DNA of 64,000 bases from an uncultured Nitrospiraceae bacterium (GCA_963727805.1 CAVSHF010000003.1:2304001-2368000), one strand, 5' to 3'; counted from the first letter of the stretch, positions 1 to 11,966 are shown. Translations and numbers: made by a program. The notes: generated from the sequence alone by a model not told the origin.

Positions 1-217
1 TCATACTCTGCCGACGGGAGGTACCGCCCGGTTTTCATCACCTCTCGGCGTATACGATTTTATCAAAAGAACTAGCCTTCTCCAATTCAATCCGAATGGG
101 TTTGTGCAACTGGCCGATGCCGTCGAATCCCTTGCCGATGCAGAAGGGCTCGAGGCGCATGCTAAAACCATTCGCGTCAGAAGGGATGAGATTTTAGAAC
201 GGTCAGGCAAGCGTTAA
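1..217 (+). CDS. hisD: Histidinol dehydrogenase, C-terminal part (gene starts before window)
   Basis: Frame +2, translated by hand (absent from the ORF track): HTLPTGGTARFSSPLGVYDFIKR...AEGLEAHA, the HisD C-terminal signature; stop TAA at 215-217. Confidence 0.9.
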   Translation, partial: HTLPTGGTARFSSPLGVYDFIKRTSLLQFNPNGFVQLADAVESLADAEGLEAHAKTIRVRRDEILERSGKR

Positions 218-254
218 CCCGGCTCAGGGGAATGATGGAAGACCGAGAGGGAAT

Positions 255-569
255 TCAGCCCTTCATTAGCTTTTCTATGAAAATGAAGCTACCGCAAGGA
301 GGGCCTGAGCGGTCTTCACGGTAATCGCAGCCGTCGATACGGAAATCGCACCTGCTGCATACTAGCCCAAAGAGGGTTTCATCATCGAGTGGGACCTGCT
401 TCTTTATTCCTTCAGACCTGTCGATAAGGCGGTTGAAGTGCTCTAATTCCTTGAGGGTAAAATTGTCGATCAGCAGCTGGTAACCGCCGCACTGGATCTC
501 TTCCTTTCCTTCTTTGAAAAAGTTGCAAAAACCTTTGCAAATGATCTCGCTATATATTCTTTCCTTCAT
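255..569 (-). CDS. Cys-rich hypothetical protein
   Basis: ATG at 569 overlaps the cutA stop (ATGA); contains CxxxC, CGG, CxxCxFxxDGC and PPCG motifs. Confidence 0.6.
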   Translation of the reverse strand: MKERIYSEIICKGFCNFFKEGKEEIQCGGYQLLIDNFTLKELEHFNRLIDRSEGIKKQVPLDDETLFGLVCSRCDFRIDGCDYREDRSGPPCGSFIFIEKLMKG

Positions 570-889
570 TCGTTTTGTTTCGTAGTTTCCCTGAGCCATG
601 CCAGATACTCCTCGGAGCCATCAACGACTGGTAGGACGATGATCTCAGGCACGGCGTAGGGATGGAGCTCTTTCACCCTAGTTTTAAGGGAGCTGAATAG
701 CTCGGGCCGCGTCTTGACGATCATGAGTAGCTCTCTTTCGTCCTCGATTTTTCCTCGCCAGGAATAGATTGACCGAATGTCCTTTATGATGTTGACGCAG
801 GCGGCGAGGCGTTCTTTGACAAGCGCTTTAGCAATCTTCGCCGCCTCTTCCTCGCTTGGCGCAGTGATGTAGACAACCAAGGCTTCCAT
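566..889 (-). CDS. cutA: Divalent-cation tolerance protein CutA
   Basis: LAACVNI, SIYSW, HPYxVPEI motifs; 107 aa. Confidence 0.92.
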   Translation of the reverse strand: MEALVVYITAPSEEEAAKIAKALVKERLAACVNIIKDIRSIYSWRGKIEDERELLMIVKTRPELFSSLKTRVKELHPYAVPEIIVLPVVDGSEEYLAWLRETTKQNE

Positions 890-931
890 TAATTAGCTCT
901 TTTTCACATTGCTCAAATTTACGACGTAAAC

Positions 932-2059
932 TTAGAACAGTGGAACACCCTTTTCAAGGATGTTTGCCTTTGTCCCACCTGCCGCGATGAGGGTAACCGT
1001 CGGTTTGAAAAAAACGAAATCCTGATGAAAAGGTGTCTTTATCTTTCCGCCGAAGGAGCTGTTGTCGCCGAGAGCTATATGGATAGTTCCGAGGATCTTT
1101 TCAGATTCGAGTATATTGTCTGGCCTCTTTGCCCGAGGGTTAGTGCCTATCCCCAACTCTGCGATGTTCCGGTTCCCCTCATTTTCAGCGAGCTTTGATC
1201 TCAGGTAGTCCGCAAATGGTTCGCGGCCTGCAATGTTGACGACTTCTCCATTTTCGATTGTGAGAGCGATCGGCTCGGTTAGTTCACGCATCGGCGCCCA
1301 ATCGAGGACCAGCGTGCCCTCAGCGGTGCCTTCGAGCGGCGCGAGAAATACCTCGCCAGCCGGTAGATTTCCGAAAGCCCCTTTCTTCGTAAGAATTCCC
1401 GTGTCCGAAAGCGCTTTTCTTCCTTCTTTGGACAGTCGCAAATGGGTACCGTTCGGAGACGTAATGCCGATAGTGACGGCCTGATTGACAGTTTTTTCGA
1501 GAGCCCTTGTTCTTTTTGCGAGGGCCTTCCAGTCGACGTGCATTGAGCCTTCGAACATCGATACATCAAAGAGCGGCATACTTGCATAACGGCAGCCGCA
1601 GATCCTAGTCAGGAAATCCCTGAACCGAGTATGGCTTGTCGAGTAATTCGAAAGGGCGATGACAGCGTCGACTGCTTCAGGCTTGGATTTTTTCAATATA
1701 TCCTCAATACCCTTGAGGTCGGTATCAGAAAGTTCTTTTTTGAGAAGCGGATCCATAATGCTTTTCTTCCGCAGTTTATTTACAAAGGTCTTTCCGAAGG
1801 CTACTTCCCAAAGTTCCAGCGGAGGCTCCGTCCCGTGGCTGCCCGTGGCCTGATACTCTTCATAGATAATTTTCTTTGTGAAGGACCTGCCTATCTCTGC
1901 AGTCAAGAGGGAAATGTACCTGAGACCGTCCCTTCTACAGGCGTCCCCAGCATCAACGCTCTCGGAAGGAGAAGTCAGGTCAGTAAAGACGAGCACCTTT
2001 TCGCCAGCCTTTATGCCGAGATTTGTGCGGTAGATAGAACGTATCGTATCAAGAATCAT
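932..2059 (-). CDS. M29-type (thermophilic metalloprotease) aminopeptidase
   Basis: GNLPAGEVFLAP, IAELGIGTN, ESEKILGTIHIALGDN motifs. Confidence 0.8.
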   Translation of the reverse strand: MILDTIRSIYRTNLGIKAGEKVLVFTDLTSPSESVDAGDACRRDGLRYISLLTAEIGRSFTKKIIYEEYQATGSHGTEPPLELWEVAFGKTFVNKLRKKSIMDPLLKKELSDTDLKGIEDILKKSKPEAVDAVIALSNYSTSHTRFRDFLTRICGCRYASMPLFDVSMFEGSMHVDWKALAKRTRALEKTVNQAVTIGITSPNGTHLRLSKEGRKALSDTGILTKKGAFGNLPAGEVFLAPLEGTAEGTLVLDWAPMRELTEPIALTIENGEVVNIAGREPFADYLRSKLAENEGNRNIAELGIGTNPRAKRPDNILESEKILGTIHIALGDNSSFGGKIKTPFHQDFVFFKPTVTLIAAGGTKANILEKGVPLF

Positions 2060-2138
2060 GTCTTAAGTTTAGCAAGAACAAAGATTTTTTGTAAGGTGAT
2101 ACTTTACTGCCAAGGCTAGGCAAAAAAACCCGACTGTT

Positions 2139-3572
2139 TTATGCGAAAACGAGTTCCATCTGCGCCGTCTTTTCCCTGGGGAAGAGAATCGGGTACTTGT
2201 TGTCGAAACAAGCTGTGCAGTAATCCTCCGGATGGGGAATGATGCCTCTCAGTCCGCTGATGCTCAGATAGGCAAGGGAGTCGGCTGTAATGTATTTTCT
2301 GATTTCTTCAACAAGATGGCTCGAAGCGATAAGCTCTTGGCGGGTGGGGGTGTCGATGCCGTAGAAACAGGGGCCGATGGTGGGCGGGGAGCTTATGCGC
2401 ATATGCACTTCTTTCGCTCCTCCCACCTCACGTATCATCTTGATGATCTTCTTGGAGGTGGTGCCCCTGACGATCGAATCGTCAACGACAACGACTCGTT
2501 TGCCCTGAAGTAGGTCGCGTACGGGATTCAACTTTATCTTGACGCCGAAATGCCTGATGCTCTGTTTTGGCTCGATGAAAGTCCTGCCGACATAGTGGTT
2601 TCTTATTAGGCCGAAGTCAAAGGGGATACCACTGTGTTCCGCATATCCGATAGCGGCGGGGACGCCCGAGTCCGGTACCGGAATCACGATGTCGGCATCG
2701 ACGGGAGAATCCTTAGCGAGTTGCCTTCCAAAACTCTTCCGGATGGTATTGACGCATGTGTTGTTAAAAATATAACTGTCAGGCCTTGAAAAGTAGATAA
2801 ACTCGAAAACACAAAACGCTTTCCGTGAGCTTTTCAATGCCCCTACGGACCTTAACCCGTTTTCGTTGATGATTACCATTTCACCCGGCTCAACATCCCT
2901 GATAAATTTGGCGTCGATGATATCAAAAGCGCAGGTTTCTGAAGCCACCACGTAGGCGCCGTCAACCTTTCCGATAGAAAGGGGCCTAACGCCGTAAGGA
3001 TCACGGAAAGCGATCATTTCGTTTTCCCTCAAGAAAAGAAGACTGTACGCTCCTCTCATATCTTTGAGAGCTTCAGTAATACGCTCATGAGGGTCGTCGC
3101 TCTTCGAACGTGCAATCATGTGCAGAATGACTTCGCTGTCCGATGATGATTGGAAAATGGCCCCTTCCATTTCGAGTTGGGCACGCATCTGCTCTGCATT
3201 GACAAGATTGCCGTTATGCGCCACTGCTATGGAACCGAGGGCGTAATTCGCTAGAAGTGGCTGGACATTTTTGAGGACGCTGCTTCCGGCAGTAGAGTAT
3301 CGATTATGACCAATAGCAACATGCCCAGGTAGCCGCTTAAGCCTCTTTTCGCTGAATATTTCTGAAACAAGACCCATCGCTTTTTCGAGGTGGATGTTTT
3401 TTCCATCCGAAGAGCATATGCCAGCTCCTTCTTGCCCGCGGTGTTGTAGGGCATAAAGTCCCAAATAGGCGAGGTTAGCAGCTTCAGGATGTCCGAAGAC
3501 ACCGAAAATACCGCACTCCTCATGGATATCATGAAAGGGCGGCTTTGTAGAGCAACTGTTATGATTTCCCAT
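2139..3572 (-). CDS. purF: Amidophosphoribosyltransferase (start uncertain)
   Basis: EECGIFG N-terminal nucleophile, LQHRGQE, PRPP-binding [12 protein letters not shown]. Confidence 0.95.
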   Translation of the reverse strand: MGNHNSCSTKPPFHDIHEECGIFGVFGHPEAANLAYLGLYALQHRGQEGAGICSSDGKNIHLEKAMGLVSEIFSEKRLKRLPGHVAIGHNRYSTAGSSVLKNVQPLLANYALGSIAVAHNGNLVNAEQMRAQLEMEGAIFQSSSDSEVILHMIARSKSDDPHERITEALKDMRGAYSLLFLRENEMIAFRDPYGVRPLSIGKVDGAYVVASETCAFDIIDAKFIRDVEPGEMVIINENGLRSVGALKSSRKAFCVFEFIYFSRPDSYIFNNTCVNTIRKSFGRQLAKDSPVDADIVIPVPDSGVPAAIGYAEHSGIPFDFGLIRNHYVGRTFIEPKQSIRHFGVKIKLNPVRDLLQGKRVVVVDDSIVRGTTSKKIIKMIREVGGAKEVHMRISSPPTIGPCFYGIDTPTRQELIASSHLVEEIRKYITADSLAYLSISGLRGIIPHPEDYCTACFDNKYPILFPREKTAQMELVFA

Positions 3573-3691
3573 TGGGTCGATGGCTCTTTTTAAAAAGGAG
3601 AATGATTCTGCAGCACACGATGAGTTAAGAGTGTAAACTCGCTTCATGCTGCTCGTTTACTCCAGTTATGTACTTATTCTAACATAAACTA

Positions 3692-5752
3692 GTGAATGAA
3701 TTTAAACTCAGGACAGATTTCACACCAAAGGGAGACCAGCCCAGGGCGATAGCCGAGCTGACCGAAGGACTCATCGGGGGTGGCAAGCACCAGGTGCTTC
3801 TCGGCGTTACCGGGTCCGGAAAGACCTTCACAATTGCCAATGTTGTGAAAAACGTGAACAAGCCGACAGTTGTCATCGCCCACAACAAGGCACTGGCAGC
3901 TCAACTCTATGGCGAATTCCGTGAGCTCTTCCCCGACAATGCCGTTGAATTCTTCGTGAGCTATTACGACTACTATCAGCCCGAGGCCTACCTCCCCGCC
4001 ACAGATACCTACATCGAGAAAGACTCGATGATCAACGACGATATCGACCGATTGAGGCACTCAGCTACCATGTCGATACTCGAACGTCAAGATGTCATCG
4101 TAGTAGCCTCGGTATCATGCATTTACGGGATCGGTTCACCCGAGGACTATCTCAATATGCATATTATCGTCGAAGAGGGAATGCGAACAACACGAGATGC
4201 ATTCCTGAAAAAGCTCGTCGAGATACTCTATGTCCGGACAGATATGGAATTCAAACGGGGGAGCTTCAGGGTGCGGGGTGATATCGTCGAGATCTTTCCC
4301 GCCTTCTCGCTTGATCGGGCCGTAAGGATCGAATTCTTCGGAGACGACATCGATGCGATCTACGAATTTGACTCACTCACCGGCACAAAGCTGAAAAGAG
4401 CGGGAAAACTCATACTCTACCCCAACAGCCACTGGATAACGCCGCAGCACAAGATAGAAAAGGCCATCGCTTCAATCCTTCAGGAAATGGAAGATCGCGC
4501 GCGCTGGTTTAGAAATAATGGGGAGCTTGCCTTTTCACAGCGGATCGAACAGAGGACGAGATTCGACATGGAGATGCTGAAGGAATTCGGCTTTTGCCAT
4601 GGTATCGAGAATTATTCGCGCCATTTGAGCGGGAGATTGCCCGGAGAGCCGCCTTTCACGCTGCTCGATTACCTCATCAGCGGTCCTTCAAAGGGTGATT
4701 ACCTCATGGTCATCGACGAGGCTCACGCCACGGTCCCGCAGATCGGTGGCATGTACCACGGCGACCGGTCCCGCAAGCAGACCCTTATAGATTATGGGTT
4801 CCGACTACCCTCCGCCCTTGACAATAGACCTCTTCAATTTGACGAATTTGAGCACAGGGTGAATCGGGCCATTTATGTTTCCGCAACCCCGGGACCCTAT
4901 GAACTGAACAAGGCGCAGGGCAGAATCATCGAGCAAGTAATCCGGCCTACCGGTCTCATGGACCCTAAGATGGTTATCAGGTCTACGGCCGGACAAGTAG
5001 ATGACCTGCTGGGAGAGATCAGGAAGAGGGCCGAAAAAGCAGAGCGTGTGCTCGTCACAACACTCACAAAAAAGATGGCCGAAGACCTGACCGATTATTA
5101 TGTTGAACTCGGCGTGAGGGCGCGGTATCTCCATTCCGATATTGACACGCTCGAACGGATTGCAATATTGAGAGATTTGAGACTCGGGGAGTTCGACGTC
5201 CTCATTGGTGTTAACTTGTTGAGGGAGGGTCTCGATCTTCCTGAGGTTTCACTCGTTGCGATATTCGATGCGGACAAGGAGGGGTTCCTCCGCTCCGAAC
5301 GGTCATTGATTCAGACATCAGGCCGCGCTGCACGAAACGTGAACGGAGAAGTCATACTTTATGCTGATACAATGACAAATTCAATAAGAAAGGCGATGGC
5401 CGAGACTGAACGGCGCCGGGAGATCCAGGAAGCCTACAACACAAAAATGGGTATAACACCTGAAACCGTGAAGAGCCAGATAAAAGATATCCTCGGATCA
5501 ATCTATGAAGCCGATTACCTTACCCCAGAGATCCTTACAGAGGAATCTGCCGAATATGATCTGACGGAACAAAGTGTCATAGGACTCGAAGCGGAGATGA
5601 AAAAGGCGGCTAAAGGGCTTGATTTCGAGCGGGCCGCAGAGATCAGGGACAAGATAAAAGTAATTAGGGATAAGATGCTTCAGTTGGGGGTAAAAGAAAA
5701 AGGCTCTGAAAAAGCTGCAGCGAAGAGGATATCTAGGAGAAAGAAGCAGTAG
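3692..5752 (+). CDS. uvrB: Excinuclease ABC subunit B
   Basis: [18 protein letters not shown], helicase motifs, C-terminal UVR domain. Confidence 0.97.
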   Translation: MNEFKLRTDFTPKGDQPRAIAELTEGLIGGGKHQVLLGVTGSGKTFTIANVVKNVNKPTVVIAHNKALAAQLYGEFRELFPDNAVEFFVSYYDYYQPEAYLPATDTYIEKDSMINDDIDRLRHSATMSILERQDVIVVASVSCIYGIGSPEDYLNMHIIVEEGMRTTRDAFLKKLVEILYVRTDMEFKRGSFRVRGDIVEIFPAFSLDRAVRIEFFGDDIDAIYEFDSLTGTKLKRAGKLILYPNSHWITPQHKIEKAIASILQEMEDRARWFRNNGELAFSQRIEQRTRFDMEMLKEFGFCHGIENYSRHLSGRLPGEPPFTLLDYLISGPSKGDYLMVIDEAHATVPQIGGMYHGDRSRKQTLIDYGFRLPSALDNRPLQFDEFEHRVNRAIYVSATPGPYELNKAQGRIIEQVIRPTGLMDPKMVIRSTAGQVDDLLGEIRKRAEKAERVLVTTLTKKMAEDLTDYYVELGVRARYLHSDIDTLERIAILRDLRLGEFDVLIGVNLLREGLDLPEVSLVAIFDADKEGFLRSERSLIQTSGRAARNVNGEVILYADTMTNSIRKAMAETERRREIQEAYNTKMGITPETVKSQIKDILGSIYEADYLTPEILTEESAEYDLTEQSVIGLEAEMKKAAKGLDFERAAEIRDKIKVIRDKMLQLGVKEKGSEKAAAKRISRRKKQ

Positions 5753-6293
5753 ACAGCAAGCCTTCTTTTATCTACGGCGAGTTTGACAACATGATCGTAT
5801 CAATCACTCGGCTCTCTTCGTGACTGCCTCAGTGTCTCTTTCTGATGAGAATTTAAAAAAGGACATGGCGCCCACCCTGAAAGCATTGCTTGACAGAGTC
5901 ATGCATTTGCATGGAGTAAGCCATGAGTGAAGCACAGCAGAGAATTACAGCAGGAGATTCAGTCAAGGCAAGGAGATCGGTCTAATCGCCCAAGAGAAGA
6001 AGGTTGTTCTCTCTGAACTTTTTTTGCCGATATCGTAGGCACGGCCCATACCTATGATAAGATAGTTCCAGTCCGGGTTGAGATGATAAAGGGACAGGAG
6101 TTTTTTATCAGGAACCCGGGAAGGCAGAATACTGACAAAGAAGCCTGCATTATGAGACCAGAGAACGCATTTGACTTAATAGACAAACGAATCGCGTTAA
6201 TTAATCATCCATCAAATACCATCATATTGAAATACGAGAATCTTGAAAAAGACAGAGAGATACAAATGTCCCCTTGCGTCTTGGAATCTTTCT

Positions 6294-7346
6294 TCAGGAA
6301 GGACTCCCTATATACTCATTGATCATGCCGACTTCAAACCTCGAGCACGATAGCACGTTCTTTACGAAGTCAAATATCTGGTGCCGCACTTCGGGAGTCA
6401 CGTCGGGATAGAATACGGGGTTAGCAACCACGACACCGCGAAACGCATAGAATGGTGCAATCACCTCGAGCAGTTCCTCATCGCTCGTTGCTTGCAGGTA
6501 TTCATCAAAAAAGAGTTGCAGACCTGCGAGATAAGCTCCCCTTATAACACCGTGATACCGAAGGGAGAAAAAGATATAGTTGATCGTGAGTGCGGAGATA
6601 TCATCCGCCGGCTCGCCCCAAGGACCGCGACTCCTGTCAAGGAGGACTAAATCGTGGTCGTTCCGGAACCAGATGTTGCCGGGATGAAAGTCGCCATGGA
6701 CCATTGAAAGGCGATATTCTTTTCCCCTAAGCTGCGCCCGCCAGTCGATGCACATCTTTTCGATTTCCGCCATTTCGGAGCTGCTTATGGTACCGTCAGG
6801 ATAGGCATCGAAAACCCCCATCAGGCATTCTCCGTGACCTATTGTATCTCTTATCTTCCTCAGGTAGAGTGACTTAGACTCTTTTTTCTCGGCGTGTATG
6901 CGGCCGAGATAGGATGCCATTGCCTTTATCTTTGACTTGTCTACGTCGTCAAGATTTTCCTTGTCCCGAAAACGTTCAAGGTCTTTGAAGTAGTCAGTCC
7001 CCTCGGCCCGTTCCATAAGGAGATAGTATTCCTTTCCTCCGCCGATGGACTTCACCTCGCCTCCGTCAAGTTCGGCAAGAACATCAAGGGCCCGAACATG
7101 CTCCGGTAGTTTTTTATATTCGTCAAGATCAAGAAGAAAGACCCCGGCGCGGTCAGAAGGATAATCATGCCCCAGCCCTATCGGAAAGAGCGTCTTAACG
7201 ACATATGAGTTGCAACCCTTGGGAGTGGTCAAATTAATGAGAAAGCCCGAGCCCTGGACCCCAGAGCCGAGCTTGCTGATATCGATAGCAGAGACATCGG
7301 GAAAGGTCGTCCGCAGGTATGCCTTTAGTGCTTCTTCATTAATCAT
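6294..7346 (-). CDS. Aminoglycoside-phosphotransferase-like kinase
   Basis: Brenner motif HGDFHPGNI; LGSGVQG N-terminal loop. Confidence 0.75.
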   Translation of the reverse strand: MINEEALKAYLRTTFPDVSAIDISKLGSGVQGSGFLINLTTPKGCNSYVVKTLFPIGLGHDYPSDRAGVFLLDLDEYKKLPEHVRALDVLAELDGGEVKSIGGGKEYYLLMERAEGTDYFKDLERFRDKENLDDVDKSKIKAMASYLGRIHAEKKESKSLYLRKIRDTIGHGECLMGVFDAYPDGTISSSEMAEIEKMCIDWRAQLRGKEYRLSMVHGDFHPGNIWFRNDHDLVLLDRSRGPWGEPADDISALTINYIFFSLRYHGVIRGAYLAGLQLFFDEYLQATSDEELLEVIAPFYAFRGVVVANPVFYPDVTPEVRHQIFDFVKNVLSCSRFEVGMINEYIGSPS

Positions 7347-7366
7347 TCTATTATGATAATATCTAT

Positions 7367-8299
7367 TTAAAGCCTTTCCCCGAAATTAGCTCTGAATCTC
7401 TCTCTGAAATCAGCATAGGTAAAGTGATGTTCCTGGGTGCCGTATTCCTCAATCGCATAAGTCGCGGCGACGGCGCCTATTTTTGAGGCTGTCTCAATAT
7501 CTCTCCCAGTGACCAGCCCTTTGAGAAGTCCTGCTCTATAGGCGTCTCCGGCGCCGGTAGGATCAAGAACATCACGGGCCTTTGCAGCAGGGATAGTGAT
7601 TTCTTGTCCGGTTGTACTGATAATAGAGCCCTGTTCTCCAAGAGTCGTTATAATTATTTTTGTGAGTCCAAGCAGCTCTTTTCTATCCTTACCGGTCATC
7701 TTCAAGATCAGTTCAAGTTCATAGTCATTCGAGATCAGGATTGTCGAGCCGCTGATCCATTCAATCAGGTCTTTCCCATCCCAGGCAGTCAGGGACTGGC
7801 CAGGATCGCAGATGCAGTCGATACCATTGGCCTTATAAAACTTCGCATATTCGATCATGTCGCCAAGGTTTCCCGGTGCGATCAGTCCGATAGCCTTCTC
7901 TGTCATGCGCGGGAATCTATATTCCGACCGATATTTCATCGCCCCGGGATTAAATCCGGTAATCTGGTTGTCGGCCTTGTCTGTGGTAATGTATGCGCCT
8001 GCGGTAAACTCTTCTTGAATGATCTTGATACCCTCAGTGCCTATGTCGTTAACCTCCAGCCACTGGTAGTAATTAGCATGGTCCTTTCCGATAGTCGCAA
8101 GGATTGTCGAATTCTCGCCGAGGAGTCGCAGCGAGTAGGCGATGTTCCCTGCCGTGCCTCCGTATTTCTCCTGCATCCCGCTGACGGTAAAGCAGACATT
8201 TAGGATGTGAATTTTGTCCGGTAGAATATGGTCAGAAAAAAAACCGGGAAAGTCCATGATGCGGTCGTATGCGAGCGAGCCGGAGATGTAAATATTCAT
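7367..8299 (-). CDS. PfkB-family carbohydrate/nucleoside kinase (adenosine-kinase-like)
   Basis: GGTAGNIAY and DPTGAGDAYRAG PfkB signatures. Confidence 0.88.
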   Translation of the reverse strand: MNIYISGSLAYDRIMDFPGFFSDHILPDKIHILNVCFTVSGMQEKYGGTAGNIAYSLRLLGENSTILATIGKDHANYYQWLEVNDIGTEGIKIIQEEFTAGAYITTDKADNQITGFNPGAMKYRSEYRFPRMTEKAIGLIAPGNLGDMIEYAKFYKANGIDCICDPGQSLTAWDGKDLIEWISGSTILISNDYELELILKMTGKDRKELLGLTKIIITTLGEQGSIISTTGQEITIPAAKARDVLDPTGAGDAYRAGLLKGLVTGRDIETASKIGAVAATYAIEEYGTQEHHFTYADFRERFRANFGERL

Positions 8300-10083
8300 A
8301 CAGTATTCCTCTCTTTAAGATGTTCTATAATGGATGCCGCGATCTTCGCATTGAATCCCTTTAACTTCACGATATCCTCAGGCGAAGCCTTTCTGATATT
8401 TTCAATACTGCTAAAATGTCTCAGGAGTTCGAGTCTCCTCTTCTTGCCGATGCCTGGGACCTTTTCGAGAAGGGATTCGGTAAACCGTTTATCCCTCAGC
8501 TTCCGGTGGAAGGTAATGACAAAACGGTGGACTTCGTCCCGTAGTTTTTTCAGCAGTAATGATGATCTATTTCTATCCTCTAGGTCAATGACTCCTCCAT
8601 CTATGAGGAACGCTCGGTCGGGTTTTTTCGCGACACCCAGGATATCGGTAGCGATACCGATATCCTGCAACGCTTTACGCGCAATCTCAAGCTGTCCTTT
8701 ACCACCGTCGATCACGATGAGGTCAGGCACTCTTCCCTCAAGGTTCCTGAAGGTCCTCAAGATGGTTTCATAAAGCATAGAATAATCGTCCATACCCGCC
8801 ACCCACTTGATACGCACGTGCCGGTAAAGATCTTTTCTGAAATCCCCCCGTTCCCACCAAATCAGGGCGCCGACCGATTCGCTCCCGAAGAGGGTTGATA
8901 CATCGAAGGCGCCGATAGACTCCGGCGGCTTGCTGAGATTGAAGCGGTCCGCTAGTTCGATTATGAACTCCGCTTTATGAGTCTTTCTTTTTGCACCCAA
9001 ATGGAAACGGGCATTCTCGGTCGCCATCCTGAGGAGTTCAAGCTTTTTACCCTCTCTCGGCACAACTATTTTGACCCGCATGTTCTTTCTGCTTTTGAGC
9101 CAGGAAAGAAGAGAGGCTTTATCGGCGGGAATGACCTGTGTCAGAATAGTCGCGGCGGGAAGGATTTCTTTTGAGTAGAAGAGTTCAATGAAGCTCCTCA
9201 TAATCTCCGCATCTCCGGTATTGAGCTGATTGTCGATGAAGAAGTCCTTTGCGCCAATCATCATGCCATTTCTAATAAACAGAATATGAATCGCCGCATC
9301 GCCGCTACTGTCGGTTTCATCTTTGTAAAAACCGATCACATCGAGGTCGCCGAGTTCGGGGGCTATAATCTTCTGGGACTCGAAGGCCTTCCTGAGCCGT
9401 GAGATGCTGTCTCTCACCTGCGCGGCCTCTTCATACCTCATCCCTGAGGAATAGCGCTGCATTTTTTTTTCAAGCTGCCCAATAAGCCCTTTCTTTTCGC
9501 CTTTGAGGAACAGGACGATATCGTTCACCATCTTCATATACTCTTCGGTGCCAACCTTGCGCCCGCAGGGAGCGCAGCAGCGCTTCATCTGGTACTGGAT
9601 GCAGGGTTTTCGAGATTTTTCAAGGAGGTGGTCGCACGTCCTAATGGGAAAATTCTTCCGTATGAAGCCGAGTGCCTCCCACATCGCCTGAGCCGGAATG
9701 TAAGGCCCGAAATAGAGATTGCCGTCCCTCGTAATCTTTCTGACGACCACTACACGCGGCCATTGCTCGGTTATGGTCACTTTAAGATATGGATAGTTCT
9801 TGTCGTCCCTCAGGACAATATTGAATTTGGGCTTATATTGTTTTATTAGGTTCGCTTCAAGTATCCATGCCTCAAGTTCATTATCCGTCGCAATGTAAGA
9901 GAAGTCCTTGATCTCGCTCACCATTGCGGCCTTCCTCGCATCGAGCTTGGAAGAGCCCTGGAAATAACTTCTCAGCCGGTTCTTTAGGTTCTTCGCCTTG
10001 CCGACATAAATCACCCTCTCACCGGAGGCCTTAAACAAGTACACGCCGGGATTTTGAGGCACTTGTGTCAGATCGACAGTCAT
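8296..10083 (-). CDS. uvrC: Excinuclease ABC subunit C
   Basis: GIY-YIG domain (PGVYLF...YVGKAKNL), DGGKGQ, HhH C-terminus; start moved to ATG 10083. Confidence 0.96.
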   Translation of the reverse strand: MTVDLTQVPQNPGVYLFKASGERVIYVGKAKNLKNRLRSYFQGSSKLDARKAAMVSEIKDFSYIATDNELEAWILEANLIKQYKPKFNIVLRDDKNYPYLKVTITEQWPRVVVVRKITRDGNLYFGPYIPAQAMWEALGFIRKNFPIRTCDHLLEKSRKPCIQYQMKRCCAPCGRKVGTEEYMKMVNDIVLFLKGEKKGLIGQLEKKMQRYSSGMRYEEAAQVRDSISRLRKAFESQKIIAPELGDLDVIGFYKDETDSSGDAAIHILFIRNGMMIGAKDFFIDNQLNTGDAEIMRSFIELFYSKEILPAATILTQVIPADKASLLSWLKSRKNMRVKIVVPREGKKLELLRMATENARFHLGAKRKTHKAEFIIELADRFNLSKPPESIGAFDVSTLFGSESVGALIWWERGDFRKDLYRHVRIKWVAGMDDYSMLYETILRTFRNLEGRVPDLIVIDGGKGQLEIARKALQDIGIATDILGVAKKPDRAFLIDGGVIDLEDRNRSSLLLKKLRDEVHRFVITFHRKLRDKRFTESLLEKVPGIGKKRRLELLRHFSSIENIRKASPEDIVKLKGFNAKIAASIIEHLKERNTV

Positions 10084-10150
10084 ATCATAAATATACCACA
10101 CCAACAGCAGCAGACTCTCCAATACCTTATTGCAGCTGCTATAATATGAA

Positions 10151-11944
10151 ATGCGGTTGCCAGGATGGTTCAAGGTCACGATTCTCTTTCTCTTCATGAT
10201 TGCGATAGGGGGGACAGGAGGATATGTCTATGCGCTCTTTTCCGATCTTCCCGACATCCGCAAGCTCGAAAGTTATGCCCCTCTCGAATCATCGGTCGTC
10301 TATTCATCCGACGGGAAGGTCATTGCGGAGTTCTATCTCGAAAGACGGACGTACATCCCCTACTACAAGATCCCATTGAAAGTGAAGCAGGCCTTTGTCG
10401 CCATCGAGGACCAGCGCTTTTATTCGCACCATGGCATTGACTTCTTAGGGATCCTGCGGGCTGTCTACAAGGACATCAGGGCTCAAGGGGTTGTCGAGGG
10501 AGGCAGCACCATCACGCAGCAACTAGCCAAGATGGTTTTTTTCAAGCCTGAGAAGAGTGTGAAGAGGAAGATCAAGGAAGCCATTATTTCGGCCCAGATA
10601 GAGAAACGATATACAAAAGACGAAATACTCGGGATGTATCTGAATCAGGCCTATTTCGGCACAAGGGCATACGGCATAGATGCTGCCGCCCGCACCTATT
10701 TCGGTAAACCGGTCGATGAGCTGTCAATCGCCGAGATGGCGATGATCGCAGGACTCCAGAAGGCGCCAACTTCTTATTCTCCCTTCAGAAAACCTGAAAA
10801 GGCCCACACAAGAAGAAACCTCGTTTTGAACAATATGCTCGATAACGGCTTTATCACCCAGGAAGAGTATGAAAAAGCCAAGGGTGCTCCATTGCCCGCT
10901 AAACCCTTCTTCCGCAAATTCGAAGCGCCCTATTTCGTAGAATCGCTCAGGCAGCAGCTCGAAGAACGATACAGCGATCTCTATACCGCGGGGTACAAAA
11001 TCAATTCGACCATCGATTTCACGATGCAGAAGACCGCCGAGGAGGCGGTATTAAACGGCATCAAGGCATTAGATCAGAGGGAAAAACGGGGTGCCCAAGC
11101 CGCCCTGATCGCCATCGATCTCAGAGACGGCCATATTAAGGCACTCGTCGGAGGCAACGATTTCTGGGAGACCCAGTTCAACAGGGTAACCATGGCGATA
11201 AGACAGCCGGGCTCAGCATTCAAACCTTTTGTCTATGCTACGGCTCTCGAAAAAGGAATGACCGGAGAGAGCAAAATACTCGACGGACCGATATCGTTTC
11301 CGGGTGCAGTACATGGGAAGCCTTGGTCACCAAAAAACTATGATGGAAAGTACCACGGATATGTACCTTTGACAACAGCCATCGCTCTTTCATTGAACAC
11401 TGCAACGGTTAGGCTCGCTAACCAAATCGGCATCAAGGATGTCATCGACGTTGCCCAGAGATGCGGAATAAAAAGTACTATAGCCCCGTATCTTTCCGCT
11501 GCACTCGGGGCTGCTGATGTCACGCCGATGGAGATCACCACCGCCTATATGACCTTTGCAACGGGGAAAAGGACCAAGCCGGTTTATTACGATAAGATCC
11601 TGAGCCGTGATGGCTTTGTACTTTCAGAAGGAGATTCGTCTTCCGAAGATGTTTTTTCAGAGGAGACAGTGATGCAGATGAAGAATCTCCTCAGGGGTGT
11701 CGTCGAGCATGGGACCGCAATGAAGGCAAAGGAGATACCGAGGATGGTCTATGGGAAAACCGGCACGACGAATGATTTCTCTGATGCTTGGTTTATAGGG
11801 TTCGATGACTCCCTTGTGGTCGGAGTATGGGTGGGAAGGGACAACCATGTTCCCATAGGCAATAAAGAGACCGGCGCAAGGGCGGCACTGCCGATCTGGA
11901 TGGAGTTCATGCAGAAGATCGACAAGTATTCGGGGTATAAATAA
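10151..11944 (+). CDS. Penicillin-binding protein 1A family (transglycosylase + transpeptidase)
   Basis: EDQRF, GGSTITQQLAK, SAFK, SLN, KTG motifs; N-terminal TM segment. Confidence 0.93.
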   Translation: MRLPGWFKVTILFLFMIAIGGTGGYVYALFSDLPDIRKLESYAPLESSVVYSSDGKVIAEFYLERRTYIPYYKIPLKVKQAFVAIEDQRFYSHHGIDFLGILRAVYKDIRAQGVVEGGSTITQQLAKMVFFKPEKSVKRKIKEAIISAQIEKRYTKDEILGMYLNQAYFGTRAYGIDAAARTYFGKPVDELSIAEMAMIAGLQKAPTSYSPFRKPEKAHTRRNLVLNNMLDNGFITQEEYEKAKGAPLPAKPFFRKFEAPYFVESLRQQLEERYSDLYTAGYKINSTIDFTMQKTAEEAVLNGIKALDQREKRGAQAALIAIDLRDGHIKALVGGNDFWETQFNRVTMAIRQPGSAFKPFVYATALEKGMTGESKILDGPISFPGAVHGKPWSPKNYDGKYHGYVPLTTAIALSLNTATVRLANQIGIKDVIDVAQRCGIKSTIAPYLSAALGAADVTPMEITTAYMTFATGKRTKPVYYDKILSRDGFVLSEGDSSSEDVFSEETVMQMKNLLRGVVEHGTAMKAKEIPRMVYGKTGTTNDFSDAWFIGFDDSLVVGVWVGRDNHVPIGNKETGARAALPIWMEFMQKIDKYSGYK

Positions 11945-11966
11945 TCGGGTAGAGAGCGGGAAGTTT

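Noticed and set aside
1..210. 69-aa minus-strand ORF in the track
   Set aside because: Antisense shadow of the hisD C-terminus on the + strand
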